In this document: piece after piece, positions 50,901 through 59,365 of the stretch
Layout: every line of letters begins with the position of its first letter
How positions within the stretch are numbered: the first letter of the stretch is position 1
IMG/VR virus record: IMGVR_UViG_3300021406_000010
Location: 64,001 to 128,000 of that record
Strand: one strand, 5' to 3'
Length of the DNA stretch: 64,000 nucleotides
Origin: a virus
The notes under the pieces: generated by a model
Databases searched by the model: none
Told to the model about the DNA's origin: nothing
Seen by the model: the letters and a program-made list of their open reading frames with translations, nothing else
Position numbers and translations under genes: made by a program

Positions 50901-50997
50901 TGGCCCCGTCGGCGGATATCGACCGGACGGTGACCAGCTTGGCGGACAGGCCGACGCTGTGGGTGGCCGGGTTGAGCGGCTGGCGGGGAGCGGCCAT
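47983..50997 (-). CDS. Tail fibre/spike protein with internal repeats
   Basis: 3x GD(L/I)W.N..QG....W.G..W modules, ITAAQIAAGT repeats, Gly-rich region. Confidence 0.8.
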   Translation of the reverse strand: MAAPRQPLNPATHSVGLSAKLVTVRSISADGATAITVDRQGTQVAVTMLMQRSKAPPPAPGEMWIITQDLGTWTFAAFAAASPADLPAAAAPAVTASAAAPAAPAPGDLWVNAAQGNALTSWSGSRWVPLQVGTNAIADRAVTAAKIAPGTITGAQLAPAAGITAGQLSVTASDLGGTSVITGTSQPPAPVLGDIWINPAQGNSVSVWDGGGWRLLQFGSRAIAAGSLTALQLAANAGITPGQVDFTASDIGGVTTSVGFSQPSSPAAGDLWFNGNQGFALTTWNGSNWVPFQFGTQSIAAGSVTAALIAANTITAAQIAAGTITAAQIAAGTITAEQIAAGIVLAGVVDGTTIEGGQFIAFGTSGEILVYSGTPALGNLIGSWSAAAGADGQGNPYPAGLFVAQGGISGLNVNSCSIASGSFQDGSISASTIAATAISGGTMTETDITFDTVGGVLYAYTTTTTTITQPAAGTYSFTPPPGIPSGKIECWGAAAGANHGNGTTGQDGGGAGEYACEPSYPLDPTGATTYSYTVGNGGNGAYTGNSDGQGGGDTFFDGTGVYANGGDASPAQGTGGAGGTGSANTIHHDGGSGMGVTGGHADGGSGGGSGGPSGAGGNGVYNGPGGAAGAGGGGAGGASGGSAASGASGSGPGGGGGGSGQSTTTSPFSRTYNASSSASYYGTDIGGAQRNAGGSVYQGASSGAPAGNQFGFWLLPSSVQSDLSGVTITSASVKITNQHSWYGSGMTITFGWSNRTSFPGTISSLGSGDKHGQYQAGITEGATKVINPPGLGAALKSGAAKSLMTGPSTSEPDLTQYGYFAGGASSASVTVTGTSGSSSQPIGGSGADGQVKITYVSSSVLECALSPQAGTDPGGNAYAAGYTGPVTAFQPGVIPAVPEVPHSFSLANSWTGTFKYKYRSDNTVMVSGILNVPSGVANNSNITVALPAAYWPASNQPLGCVQNAGSPFLGIPLVCEMLSTGVVHVYDATAGDTVRIFGTYPLDF

Positions 50998-53624
50998 CAG
51001 GGGCCGGCCGTCCCTGTCCCGGGCAGCGGCAGGTTGGTGCCCGCCGTGAGGCCCCCCGCTACCGGCAGGCCGATGAGCTGGCCGCCGGAGTTGTTGCCGC
51101 TGCCGGGCAGCCGGGCGGGGGCGGCGATGTTCACCTGGGTGGTGAAGGACCCGCCGGGGCCGGTCTGCCAGGTGTGGGTGACGGTGGTGACGTAGGCCTG
51201 GAAGCCGTAGGCGGGGACCTGCAGCAGCATGCCGGGCCACAGCTCCGGCATGAAGGTGAGGGCGACGTCGGAGTTGTACTGGTAGGCCCAGCTCCTCATG
51301 AACAGGAACAGGGCGGAGAAGAACTCGCCCGACGGGCCGATGACCCCCGGCATCTCCTCCAGGTCTGGGCGGGCGCCGAACCGGCCGTAGACGTAGCTGA
51401 TGAACTTCTGCGCCTGGGCGGCGGTCGGCTCCAGGCCGAACAGGGCGTACATGATGGCGGGGATGTCGATGGTCGCGATGCCGGTGGTGGACAGGGCGTA
51501 GATGACGTCGAGGGGCAGCGTCTGGCCGGTGGCGGACAGGGTGATCCCGGACGCGGTGCCGCTGCCCAGGTCGACCTGCTGGGCGGGCGGCGCGACCACG
51601 TACTGGTGGGTGACCAGGTTGGTGTCGTCCCACGTGACGCTGAAGTCGATCAGCTCGATCGGCTCGACCTGCATGATGGCGGCGGTGCCCCAGATCCCGT
51701 AGTAGTCGGGGAACCACGCGATCAGGTCCCCGTTGGGGGCCGAGCAGTAGCTCCGCATGCAGGACCCGAGCAGGTTGCGGATGTAGGGCAGCAGCGGCTG
51801 GTCGTTGAGCAGGACGCGCGGCCCGGTGAACACGGCGGAAATGGCGGCCGACTCGGAGTCGAACGTCGGGAACCAGGGACTGGGGCCGAACAGCTTGTCG
51901 AACTGGTCGTTCGGGTTGTACCACGGCTGGGTGGAGGACGGGGATACTTGCAGCGCCTGCCCGCTGGCGGTCGCGGAGACCGCGCCGCCGGAGGTGAGGG
52001 CGCCGCCCGTCGGCACTGACTTGAACGCGGCGACGGTGCCGTTGTAGGCCGAGTAGTCGAACCCCGGGGCCAGCCCGGCGCACGTCCAGTAGGAGGCGGC
52101 GTTCCCGACGACCCCGGCGAATGTCCCGGTGTGGTGGGCGCCGACCGTGCTGCTGCCGGTCCCGGTGCTGATCTCGACGTGGCTGGACGCGCCGGGGCCG
52201 CCGAGGAACATCAGCGCGCCGGGGATGTTCATCCCCGCCTGGGCGGACACGATCTGCCCTGACGACTGGCACCAGGCGCTCTGCTCGGCGGCTGTGCGAG
52301 GGCACCCGCCGAGGCTGCCGAGGGCGTGGAAGACGCACCACTGGACGAACGAGGAGCAGTCGAGCTGGGTGGGGACCGCCACGTTGGGGGCGGAGTCGCC
52401 GCCCAGCTGGTAGGGGATGTGCGGGTCGGACTGGACCAGCCCGAGGGCGGTGCCGAGCAGCTGGGTGCAGCTGGCCTTGCCCGCCTTGGCGTTGGAGGCG
52501 AGCGGGGCGAAGCCGGGGGAGTTGCCGAGCGAGCTGGCTCCCTGGGCATTGGACAGGACGCCGACGATCTGGGTGGCCATGTTCAGCCACTGGTCGTAGT
52601 ACGCCTGCCCCTGGGCGGCGGTGTTGAACGCCACCTGGACCATGTTCGCGACCACGCCGGGGTCGATCGACGCCCGGTTGCCGATCTTCAGCTCCACCGA
52701 GAAGAACTTCTGCGTGGCGTAGGTGACGTTGGTGACCTGCGCCACCGTCCCCCACCCGGCGGCCGGCCGCTGCTGGAACAGGCCGTAGGCCCCGTCAATG
52801 TTGGGGGTCGGGATGTTGGTGAGGGTCGACTCCCCCATGGCGGTCTCGATGCCGATGACCGCGTCCCGGGTGGTGCCGCCCATCTGCAGCGCCGTGTTGT
52901 AGATCAGCACCGCGAGGGAGGCCTGGGTGGCGTCGAGGCTGAACCCGGCGTACGTCCCGGCCTTCAGCGCCCCCGACGGGACGGTCCCGCCGCCGCCCCC
53001 GGGCAGCGAGCCGCCAACCGACCCGCCAACCGTCCCGGCCGCCCCGAGGGTGGCGTAGAACTGCTGGGCGAGGGCGTCGGCCGCCGCCGTGTCCGCCTTG
53101 ACCGCCTGGGCGATCTTGTACGCCCACGCGGTCCAGCCCTGCGGGATCCCGGCGATGTGGACCTTCTCGGCCGGCCAGCCGGTGACGTTCTGCAGGATGG
53201 CCAGCACCGCCGCCGTGACGCCCCCGTCGTCGGGGTTCTTGGCGCTCGCCATCGCCTGGGCGACCATGTTCTGCGAGGCGGCGAGGCCGGGGTCCCAGAA
53301 CCAGTACTGCAGCCTCTTCAGCGAGCACGACGCGGTCAGCTGCACCGACGTGGGCCAGGCGGTGACCAGCGGGACCGAGTTCAGGTAGCCGGTGAAGACC
53401 CTGAGCCAGGTGATCCGCTTCATCATGACGATGATCCGGTCGTTGGGAACGAATATCCCGGTGTACTTCCGGAACGGGTTCTGCAGGGTGAAGGCGAAGG
53501 TCGACACCCCGTCGGAGCGGCGCACCATGGTCCCCTGGGTGACGTCGTCGCTGATGTCGATGATCCCGTTGGCCTGGGTGAGGATGTAGATCTTGCAGGC
53601 TGGCGAATACATCAGGACCGCCAC
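50997..53624 (-). CDS. Baseplate hub with lysozyme-like and NlpC/P60 peptidoglycan hydrolase domains
   Basis: AMGES...YGLFQQRP..GWG; YQLGG..LDCSSFV...HVEI. Confidence 0.85.
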   Translation of the reverse strand: MAVLMYSPACKIYILTQANGIIDISDDVTQGTMVRRSDGVSTFAFTLQNPFRKYTGIFVPNDRIIVMMKRITWLRVFTGYLNSVPLVTAWPTSVQLTASCSLKRLQYWFWDPGLAASQNMVAQAMASAKNPDDGGVTAAVLAILQNVTGWPAEKVHIAGIPQGWTAWAYKIAQAVKADTAAADALAQQFYATLGAAGTVGGSVGGSLPGGGGGTVPSGALKAGTYAGFSLDATQASLAVLIYNTALQMGGTTRDAVIGIETAMGESTLTNIPTPNIDGAYGLFQQRPAAGWGTVAQVTNVTYATQKFFSVELKIGNRASIDPGVVANMVQVAFNTAAQGQAYYDQWLNMATQIVGVLSNAQGASSLGNSPGFAPLASNAKAGKASCTQLLGTALGLVQSDPHIPYQLGGDSAPNVAVPTQLDCSSFVQWCVFHALGSLGGCPRTAAEQSAWCQSSGQIVSAQAGMNIPGALMFLGGPGASSHVEISTGTGSSTVGAHHTGTFAGVVGNAASYWTCAGLAPGFDYSAYNGTVAAFKSVPTGGALTSGGAVSATASGQALQVSPSSTQPWYNPNDQFDKLFGPSPWFPTFDSESAAISAVFTGPRVLLNDQPLLPYIRNLLGSCMRSYCSAPNGDLIAWFPDYYGIWGTAAIMQVEPIELIDFSVTWDDTNLVTHQYVVAPPAQQVDLGSGTASGITLSATGQTLPLDVIYALSTTGIATIDIPAIMYALFGLEPTAAQAQKFISYVYGRFGARPDLEEMPGVIGPSGEFFSALFLFMRSWAYQYNSDVALTFMPELWPGMLLQVPAYGFQAYVTTVTHTWQTGPGGSFTTQVNIAAPARLPGSGNNSGGQLIGLPVAGGLTAGTNLPLPGTGTAGP

Positions 53625-53710
53625 GGGCCGTCCCCTCCGCCGTGCCGCCTGATCCACACGACGATCAGCATCGCCGCCAGCACCCCCAGGACCAGCAGGA
53701 GCGCGCTCAC
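53612..53710 (-). CDS. Tiny single-TM peptide
   Basis: VSALLLVLGVLAAMLIVVWIRR; GTGA overlap. Confidence 0.35.
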   Translation of the reverse strand: MSALLLVLGVLAAMLIVVWIRRHGGGDGPWRS

Positions 53711-54339
53711 GGGCCGGTCCCGGTCAGGTTCGGGGGCGGTCCCTGCCCGGGGGCGTAGGGGATCGTGACGGGCGACGACGGCGCCACGGTGCCGTAGTTG
53801 AACGGCACCTGGGTCCCGGACAGCTGGTCGCCGAACGGGTAGAAGTACTGGATCGCCGGGTCGGACGCGAACGCGCTCCACTTGTTGACGACGGAGCTGG
53901 CGGCCACCACGGCGGGCTGGTGGGGCGACAGCCCGGCCTCGAAGATGAACTGCGGGGTGAACATCATCATCCCGGTGTGCGCTCCCCACTCGTAGCCGAC
54001 GAGGGGGATGCCGTGCTCGGTGAAGCCCCGCGACGGCACGGTGACCACCATCAGCGGGAAAGACGTCCAGGTGATGTTGGGGTCCAGCACCAGCTGGGCG
54101 AAGGACGCCATCCAGGCGTTGAAGTCGAGCCGCTCGTCCCAGTCCTTCAGCAGCACCTGGACGGAGAACTGCTGGCGGGCGCTCTTGTGCGGGTAGTAGG
54201 CCCGGGTGGTGCGGCCCTGGTCCTCGGCGGAGATCATCTGCACGCCGTGGGACAGGTCCCCGGCGCGCACCTGGTAGGCGTGGGTGACGCCCTGGGCGTC
54301 GGGGTAGCTGAACGTGGCGTTCAGGCCCTGCCGCGTCAT
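53707..54339 (-). CDS. Tail/baseplate structural protein
   Basis: Position in the tail module; coding bias. Confidence 0.65.
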   Translation of the reverse strand: MTRQGLNATFSYPDAQGVTHAYQVRAGDLSHGVQMISAEDQGRTTRAYYPHKSARQQFSVQVLLKDWDERLDFNAWMASFAQLVLDPNITWTSFPLMVVTVPSRGFTEHGIPLVGYEWGAHTGMMMFTPQFIFEAGLSPHQPAVVAASSVVNKWSAFASDPAIQYFYPFGDQLSGTQVPFNYGTVAPSSPVTIPYAPGQGPPPNLTGTGP

Positions 54340-54569
54340 CAGCGGGGCCGTGCGTCGATGCCGGCGGAGTCCATGACGACGGGCCCGGCGGCGGCCGGGG
54401 CGTAGACGGGCACGGCGAGGGACTCGTACTCGGCGGCGGTCATGTCGGGGACCAGCCGGTACTGGGTCATCCCGAACCCCATCATGGGGACCATGACGGC
54501 CTCCCCCGCCGGGAGCGGCATGGATATCGGGACGTCGGACGCCCAGGCGGGGCGGTCGGCAACGGGCAC
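54339..54569 (-). CDS. Small tail-module protein
   Basis: GGAGGAGG RBS; TGATG overlap. Confidence 0.6.
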   Translation of the reverse strand: MPVADRPAWASDVPISMPLPAGEAVMVPMMGFGMTQYRLVPDMTAAEYESLAVPVYAPAAAGPVVMDSAGIDARPR

Positions 54570-54605
54570 GGGGACCTCCTCCCTACTTCCGGGGAGGAGC
54601 CTCGC

Positions 54606-55213
54606 CTAGGGCCCGCCGAGCGTTCCTGTTGCCTGGCCGTTGAATTTTGTGAACTTCCAGCCGATTCCGTCGGATATGCGGGCCATGAAGGCGCTCACCG
54701 CGTCGTAGGCCTGCTGGGAGAAGGCCCCGTTGGTGGTGCCCGCCTTCACCAGCGACGGGCTGCCGTCCTGCACGATGAACAGGGTCAGGACGTACTGGTG
54801 GGAGAACTTGCCGTAGCGCATGATCACGCTGGCGTCCCCGTCGGGGTCGGCGAGGCCCTTGACGTAGACCAGGAAGTTCCAGTTGCGGGGCGGATAGGAG
54901 AAGACCGCCGGCGGGTGCATCTGGGCGTTCGCGGTGGCGTCGGCCGACTGGGCCTCCATGATGGCGGTGATGCCGCCGAGGAAGGCCTCGGCCTGCTGCC
55001 AGCTCTCCCCCGTCACGGCGTCGGAGTGGTCCTGGCCGAAGGACCCGCGCACCGTCAGGTCCGACAGCCGCGAGCCGGTCACCTGGATGACGCGCCCGCC
55101 GATGGTCTCCGTGACGGAGGTAAGAGGACCTCGTAGCTCCAATCGATCGCGTCAGGATCGATTCGGAAGGCTATCGAGGGGCCGCCCGGATATCCGAGCG
55201 TGGCAGTTCCCAT
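54606..55213 (-). CDS. Tail tube initiator-like protein, needs a +2 shift at CTC-TTA (55126-55121)
   Basis: Strong SD + ATG 55213 gives MGTATLGYPGGPSIAFRIDPDAIDWSYEVL, continuing in another frame as TSVTETIGGRVIQV. Confidence 0.7.
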
Positions 55214-55318
55214 AAGGCACCACCTCCCTTCAGTGCCCTGGCCCTGGCGAGCGATCCCCTGGCAAGGGCAAGTTGCTTCAGCGTCTCGGGCGTTTCGTCG
55301 TCCCTCCTTCCGGGCCGG

Positions 55319-57217
55319 CTACCGGCTCGCCTGGTGCACGTAGGGGTTGGCGGGCACCTGCGAGGTGGCAGCCGCCTGGTCGTTGTTCGCGGGCAGCACC
55401 TTCAGGAGCTGCCGCGCCTCGGGGGTCAGCGCGATGGTGAGCGCCTGGGAGAAGGGGCCGGCCGCCTGCGGCTGGGCCGGCCCCAGGGGGACCGGGGCCG
55501 GCTTCGGGACGGGGACCCTGGCCGGCGGCGTGACAGGCGGCGTGACGGGCTTCGGCGAGGTTCCGACGGGGATGCCGCCGAGTACGTTGCCCTGGGACCC
55601 CGGCGACGGGGACTGCCCGACGGGGATGCCGCCGAGCACGGTCGGCACGACGGCGGGAGGCGCGCCCCCCGTGCCGCCCGTCGTCGTGCCGCTGGTGCCG
55701 AGGGTGGCCTCGTTCACCCCTACCGTCTGCGAGACGATCCACTGGAACGCCTGGGCGGAAGTCATCTGGACGCCGGTGAGGGCGGAGATCTCCTGCGCCC
55801 ACAGGTTCTCGTTGATGTTGCCGCTAACCTGGTTGGCGTTCAGGAACGCGGTGGCGACGCTGTCGCGGAGGCCGGGGTTCCTCGCCACGGCGGCGGCGCC
55901 GCCTGCCTGCGCGATCAGCTGCTGCAGGGACTGCGTCATCTGGGGGGTCATCAGCCCGCCCAGGGTCAGGAACTGCATGTTCTGGCCGGCCAGCTGCTGG
56001 GCGTACAGTTGCGGGTTGTTGCGCGCCGTGTACTGCAGCTGGGCGGGGGACTGGCCGGTCATGCCCGCCAGCAGGTACTGGCGCTGCTGCGACAGCTCCC
56101 CGGAGAAGTTCACCCCGGCGAACTCCTTGCCCAGCAAGCCCTGCATGTTGGCGATCCCGCCAGCCAGGGCGGTGGCGCCGTTGCCGGCCCCCATGCCGAG
56201 CGCCTGGGAGAAGTACGCGTTGAACTGCTGGCGGGCCGTCTCGGCCGAGGTGCCCGCGTTGCCGGCGTCCTGCGACAGCTGCTCCATGGTGCGCGACAGC
56301 TGCTGCAGGTTGACGTTGGCGTCCTGGGTGGCGGACTGCAGGACGGACAGCGAGTCGTTCACGTCCATGCCCATGGAGTTGTAGTTGTGGTAGACGAAGT
56401 TGAGGGCGCTCTGCCGGTTCTGCGGCTGCTGGCCCTCCCCGATGGCCCCCTGGTTGAACCCCATCGCGGTCACCCCGGCGAACGACTGCGCCGCCGCGCC
56501 CTGCGGCATCAGGCCCGTCATGCTCAGCTGGTAGACCGCCTGGTGCAGCCGCTCGGTCTGGGCGTTCCAGTTGCCGCCGCCCTCGACCTCCTGGTACGGC
56601 CGGGCCGCCTCGCGCTGGGTGAGGTAGGGGTTGCCGTTGGCGAACCAGTTGTACAGGTCGGTGACCAGGCCCACGCCGGGGATCTGCTGCAGCAGGCCGG
56701 CCGGGGTGCCGCCCGAGGCTGCCACCCGTGCCCCGACCTGCTGGCCGAAGGTGAGGGCCGCCGCGCCGCCACCGGGGGCTCCGCCTCCTCCTCCGCCGCC
56801 GCCGCCGCCGCCTCCACCGCCTCCTCCTCCTCCGGGCGGCCCGTAGAGGGTCCCGCCCCCGGCCTGGCTGTAGAGCCACGAGCCCAGCTGCTGGGCGCCG
56901 TAGGCCTGCAGGTTCTGCAGGGAGGAGGCGGCCCCCATGGGCGACAGCTGGGTGGCGCCCGCCGTGGCCACGGCCGACCCGCCGCGCTGCAGCTGGGCGA
57001 TCACGTCCGGGTCCATGTTCGTCGTGGGCGGCACCTGGCTCGCCTGGTAACGGCGCGATGCGCTGCTGGTCCGGGTCAGCGCGCTGGTCTGCGCGCTGAT
57101 GACCTGCTCCAGGGACTGCAGCTGGCGGACCACCACCTGCAGCCCCTGGGTCATCTGGGCGGCGGCCGATGCCGCGCCCACCGTCGACTGCGGCTGGCCT
57201 GGCCAGGGGATGGTCAC
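55319..57217 (-). CDS. Tape measure protein (short, 632 aa)
   Basis: Ala/Gln/Gly-rich helical protein right after the tail assembly chaperones. Confidence 0.7.
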   Translation of the reverse strand: MTIPWPGQPQSTVGAASAAAQMTQGLQVVVRQLQSLEQVISAQTSALTRTSSASRRYQASQVPPTTNMDPDVIAQLQRGGSAVATAGATQLSPMGAASSLQNLQAYGAQQLGSWLYSQAGGGTLYGPPGGGGGGGGGGGGGGGGGGAPGGGAAALTFGQQVGARVAASGGTPAGLLQQIPGVGLVTDLYNWFANGNPYLTQREAARPYQEVEGGGNWNAQTERLHQAVYQLSMTGLMPQGAAAQSFAGVTAMGFNQGAIGEGQQPQNRQSALNFVYHNYNSMGMDVNDSLSVLQSATQDANVNLQQLSRTMEQLSQDAGNAGTSAETARQQFNAYFSQALGMGAGNGATALAGGIANMQGLLGKEFAGVNFSGELSQQRQYLLAGMTGQSPAQLQYTARNNPQLYAQQLAGQNMQFLTLGGLMTPQMTQSLQQLIAQAGGAAAVARNPGLRDSVATAFLNANQVSGNINENLWAQEISALTGVQMTSAQAFQWIVSQTVGVNEATLGTSGTTTGGTGGAPPAVVPTVLGGIPVGQSPSPGSQGNVLGGIPVGTSPKPVTPPVTPPARVPVPKPAPVPLGPAQPQAAGPFSQALTIALTPEARQLLKVLPANNDQAAATSQVPANPYVHQASR

Positions 57218-57229
57218 GGGACCACGTCC

Positions 57230-58128
57230 TCACGTCCACTCGGGATGGGGCTCCGGGGCCGGCGGCGGCGGCCGGGACGGCTCGCGGATCGTCACCCGGC
57301 TGCTGGCGGCCACCAGTGACTCGAGCGCGGCCATGTCGGAGGCGAACGAGGCGGGGGTGGCCCTCTCCAGCCGCAGGGCGCTCCCGGCGGGCGGCGTCCC
57401 GTCCCCGGGGGCGGGAGCTTCCTCGAAGTGACCGGGCCACGCTTCCAGGGCGCTGACCAGGCCGGAGGCGACCGCTGCGGACAGGATGAGGTCCTGGCGG
57501 TCCTGCAGGCGGCGCCCCTCGTCGAGCCAGTGCAGGACCTCGGTGGCGGCCAGGCAGGCGCGGGGGAGGTGCCGTCCCGACAGCTGCCCGCGCCTTTCCG
57601 CCAGCCGCAGCTGCTGCTCTACCCAGGGATCGCAGTGCCCGCCGGGGCTGGTGCTTTTCCCAGGGCCTCGATCACCTCCCGCTGGCGGACCTCCAGTGCC
57701 AGGTAGGCGGTGAAGATCGCGTCAATCGTCGGCGGGAACCACCGGCGGGCGTAGTTGTACCGCTCGTAGGCCCACTTGCGCTCCTGCCCGGGGTGCTCGC
57801 CGAGCGGCACCGGCATCGGCTGCCCGTCGATGGCGGTGACGCACATCCCGGCCATCGCCGTGGCGTAGGACTTGGCGCCGCCCAGGCCGCCCTCGTGGTC
57901 GCGGACCAGCGACGCGACGAGCAGCTCCTCGTCGGTGGTGAGGGTCTTCAGCTCGATCCGGTGGCCGCACCAGTCGAACCACGCGGTCAGGTACCCGAGC
58001 CGCAGCAGGCCGGTCAGGTCGTCGCGCCACGAGCCGGTGTCCGGCTCGTCGAGGTGCAGGTCGAGGACATCCTCCGGCGGCGGGACGGCAGACGCCGCCG
58101 GGGATTCCTCGTCGGGGAACGCGGTCAC
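57230..58128 (-). CDS. Tail assembly chaperone, -1 frameshift-extended form
   Basis: G-GGA-AAA slippery site at 57661-57655; the -1 frame is open to TGA at 57230 (..DPWVEQQLRLAERRG..). Confidence 0.85.
57619..58128 (-). CDS. Tail assembly chaperone, short form
   Basis: 169 aa, between the tube and tape measure genes. Confidence 0.8.
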   Translation of the reverse strand: MTAFPDEESPAASAVPPPEDVLDLHLDEPDTGSWRDDLTGLLRLGYLTAWFDWCGHRIELKTLTTDEELLVASLVRDHEGGLGGAKSYATAMAGMCVTAIDGQPMPVPLGEHPGQERKWAYERYNYARRWFPPTIDAIFTAYLALEVRQREVIEALGKAPAPAGTAIPG

Positions 58129-58304
58129 GCCGGGCTGCCTCCCCAGCGCAGCTGCATGGCCTGGCTGCGCATCCGGAGGTTCGGGTCCTCCTGCTCGAGG
58201 GAGACGCTGGCGGAGGTCGCGCCGGGCACGGTGACCGTCACCTCCGCCGAGCCGGTGGCAGTGCCGTCCGGCCCGGTGACGGTGGCGGTGATGGTGACGA
58301 TCAC
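58125..58304 (-). CDS. Small beta-rich protein
   Basis: GTGA overlaps on both sides; Thr/Val-rich. Confidence 0.5.
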   Translation of the reverse strand: MIVTITATVTGPDGTATGSAEVTVTVPGATSASVSLEQEDPNLRMRSQAMQLRWGGSPA

Positions 58305-58612
58305 GCCGGCAGCGCGGGGATGACGCCGGTGAAGACGGCGGTGCCCGCGACGTTGGACTGCTGGGTGTAGGCGGTGCTGACCGAGTCGGACACCGCGACG
58401 GTGAGCGGGAGGGCGGGAGCCGCGCCGGCGGTGTAGGTGGCGCTGCCGGTGGACGCGGTGCCGTCGAGGGCGGTGACGCTCGCGGTGACGGTGACGGTGA
58501 CGCCCGGGTTGGCGGGGTCGAGGTACTCGACGGTGACGGTGATCGGGTCGCCGACGGCGTAGGCGGCCTTGTCGGTGGCGACGGTGACGGCGGGCGGCAC
58601 GGGGGTGGTCAA
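58301..58612 (-). CDS. Ig-like virion decoration protein
   Basis: VATDKAAYAVGDPITVTVEY; GGAGG RBS, TTG start. Confidence 0.65.
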   Translation of the reverse strand: MTTPVPPAVTVATDKAAYAVGDPITVTVEYLDPANPGVTVTVTASVTALDGTASTGSATYTAGAAPALPLTVAVSDSVSTAYTQQSNVAGTAVFTGVIPALPA

Positions 58613-58679
58613 GGTTCCTCCACGGGCGGGGCGGGCAAGGGGTCTCACTTCTTCCGGGGGGCATCGCTATGCTCGCTGC

Positions 58680-58970
58680 ATGACCGTTCGCGCGCCCTTC
58701 ACCCCGGCCCAGGTCGCCAGCCTCAACGGCTACCAGGCGTCCGCTTCCTTCCACGGGTTCACCTGCGGGGATGATGCCTGTCCCGGCGCCGATGGCGAGC
58801 GTGTCGCCCTGCGCGCGCAGGAGGACGGCTGGCACTGCCCCGCGTGCCCGTACACGCAGGACTGGGCGCATGACTTCATGGCCGACGGGTCGTGGCAGCG
58901 GCTCTCCGGCGTTACCGTCACCGTCGGCGGCGTGCGGGTGAGGGGCGAGATCGGGGAGATCACGGGCTAG
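58680..58970 (+). CDS. Conserved small Zn-binding protein, leaderless
   Basis: HGFTC..C...GWHCPACPYTQDWAH; TATGCT 6 nt before the ATG. Confidence 0.65.
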   Translation: MTVRAPFTPAQVASLNGYQASASFHGFTCGDDACPGADGERVALRAQEDGWHCPACPYTQDWAHDFMADGSWQRLSGVTVTVGGVRVRGEIGEITG

Positions 58971-59365
58971 GCTGGGCGCAGGATTCCCGCAGGGGGACGC
59001 TCAGGAGATGGGATGGCCGGCGCAGCACGGAGCCGGCGGGCGCCAGCGGCCCGGAAGGCTGGCCCCTGTCCCCCATCGCAACAGCGAGGCCCGCGCCCTA
59101 TGTCAAGGGGCACGGGCCTCGCGCGTCCGCTAGGATGGCCGCCATGCTGCGGTGAGTACCGGGTGACGCCGGGAGGGGCCAGCAGACAGCGCGGGAGCCG
59201 CCGCAGGAGCCCTGGTACCGGGGAGACGCCGCGAGCACAGCGCGCCGGGCTATGCCCGCCCGCCACCACCGTATGCCGGCCTCCGGCCGGCCTGGGGGCC
59301 GTCTGCCTCCGGACGAGACTGGCGGTCGCCCGGACTATCCCCCTCGCCAGGACATCCTTGCCGGA

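Noticed and set aside
56770-56840. CCT/CCG triplet run
   Set aside because: It encodes a poly-Gly linker in the tape measure protein
222-57319. Many long plus-strand ORFs (for example 11518-14010, 16983-19094, 38630-41200, 55334-57319)
   Set aside because: Antisense shadows of high-GC genes with recognisable minus-strand products
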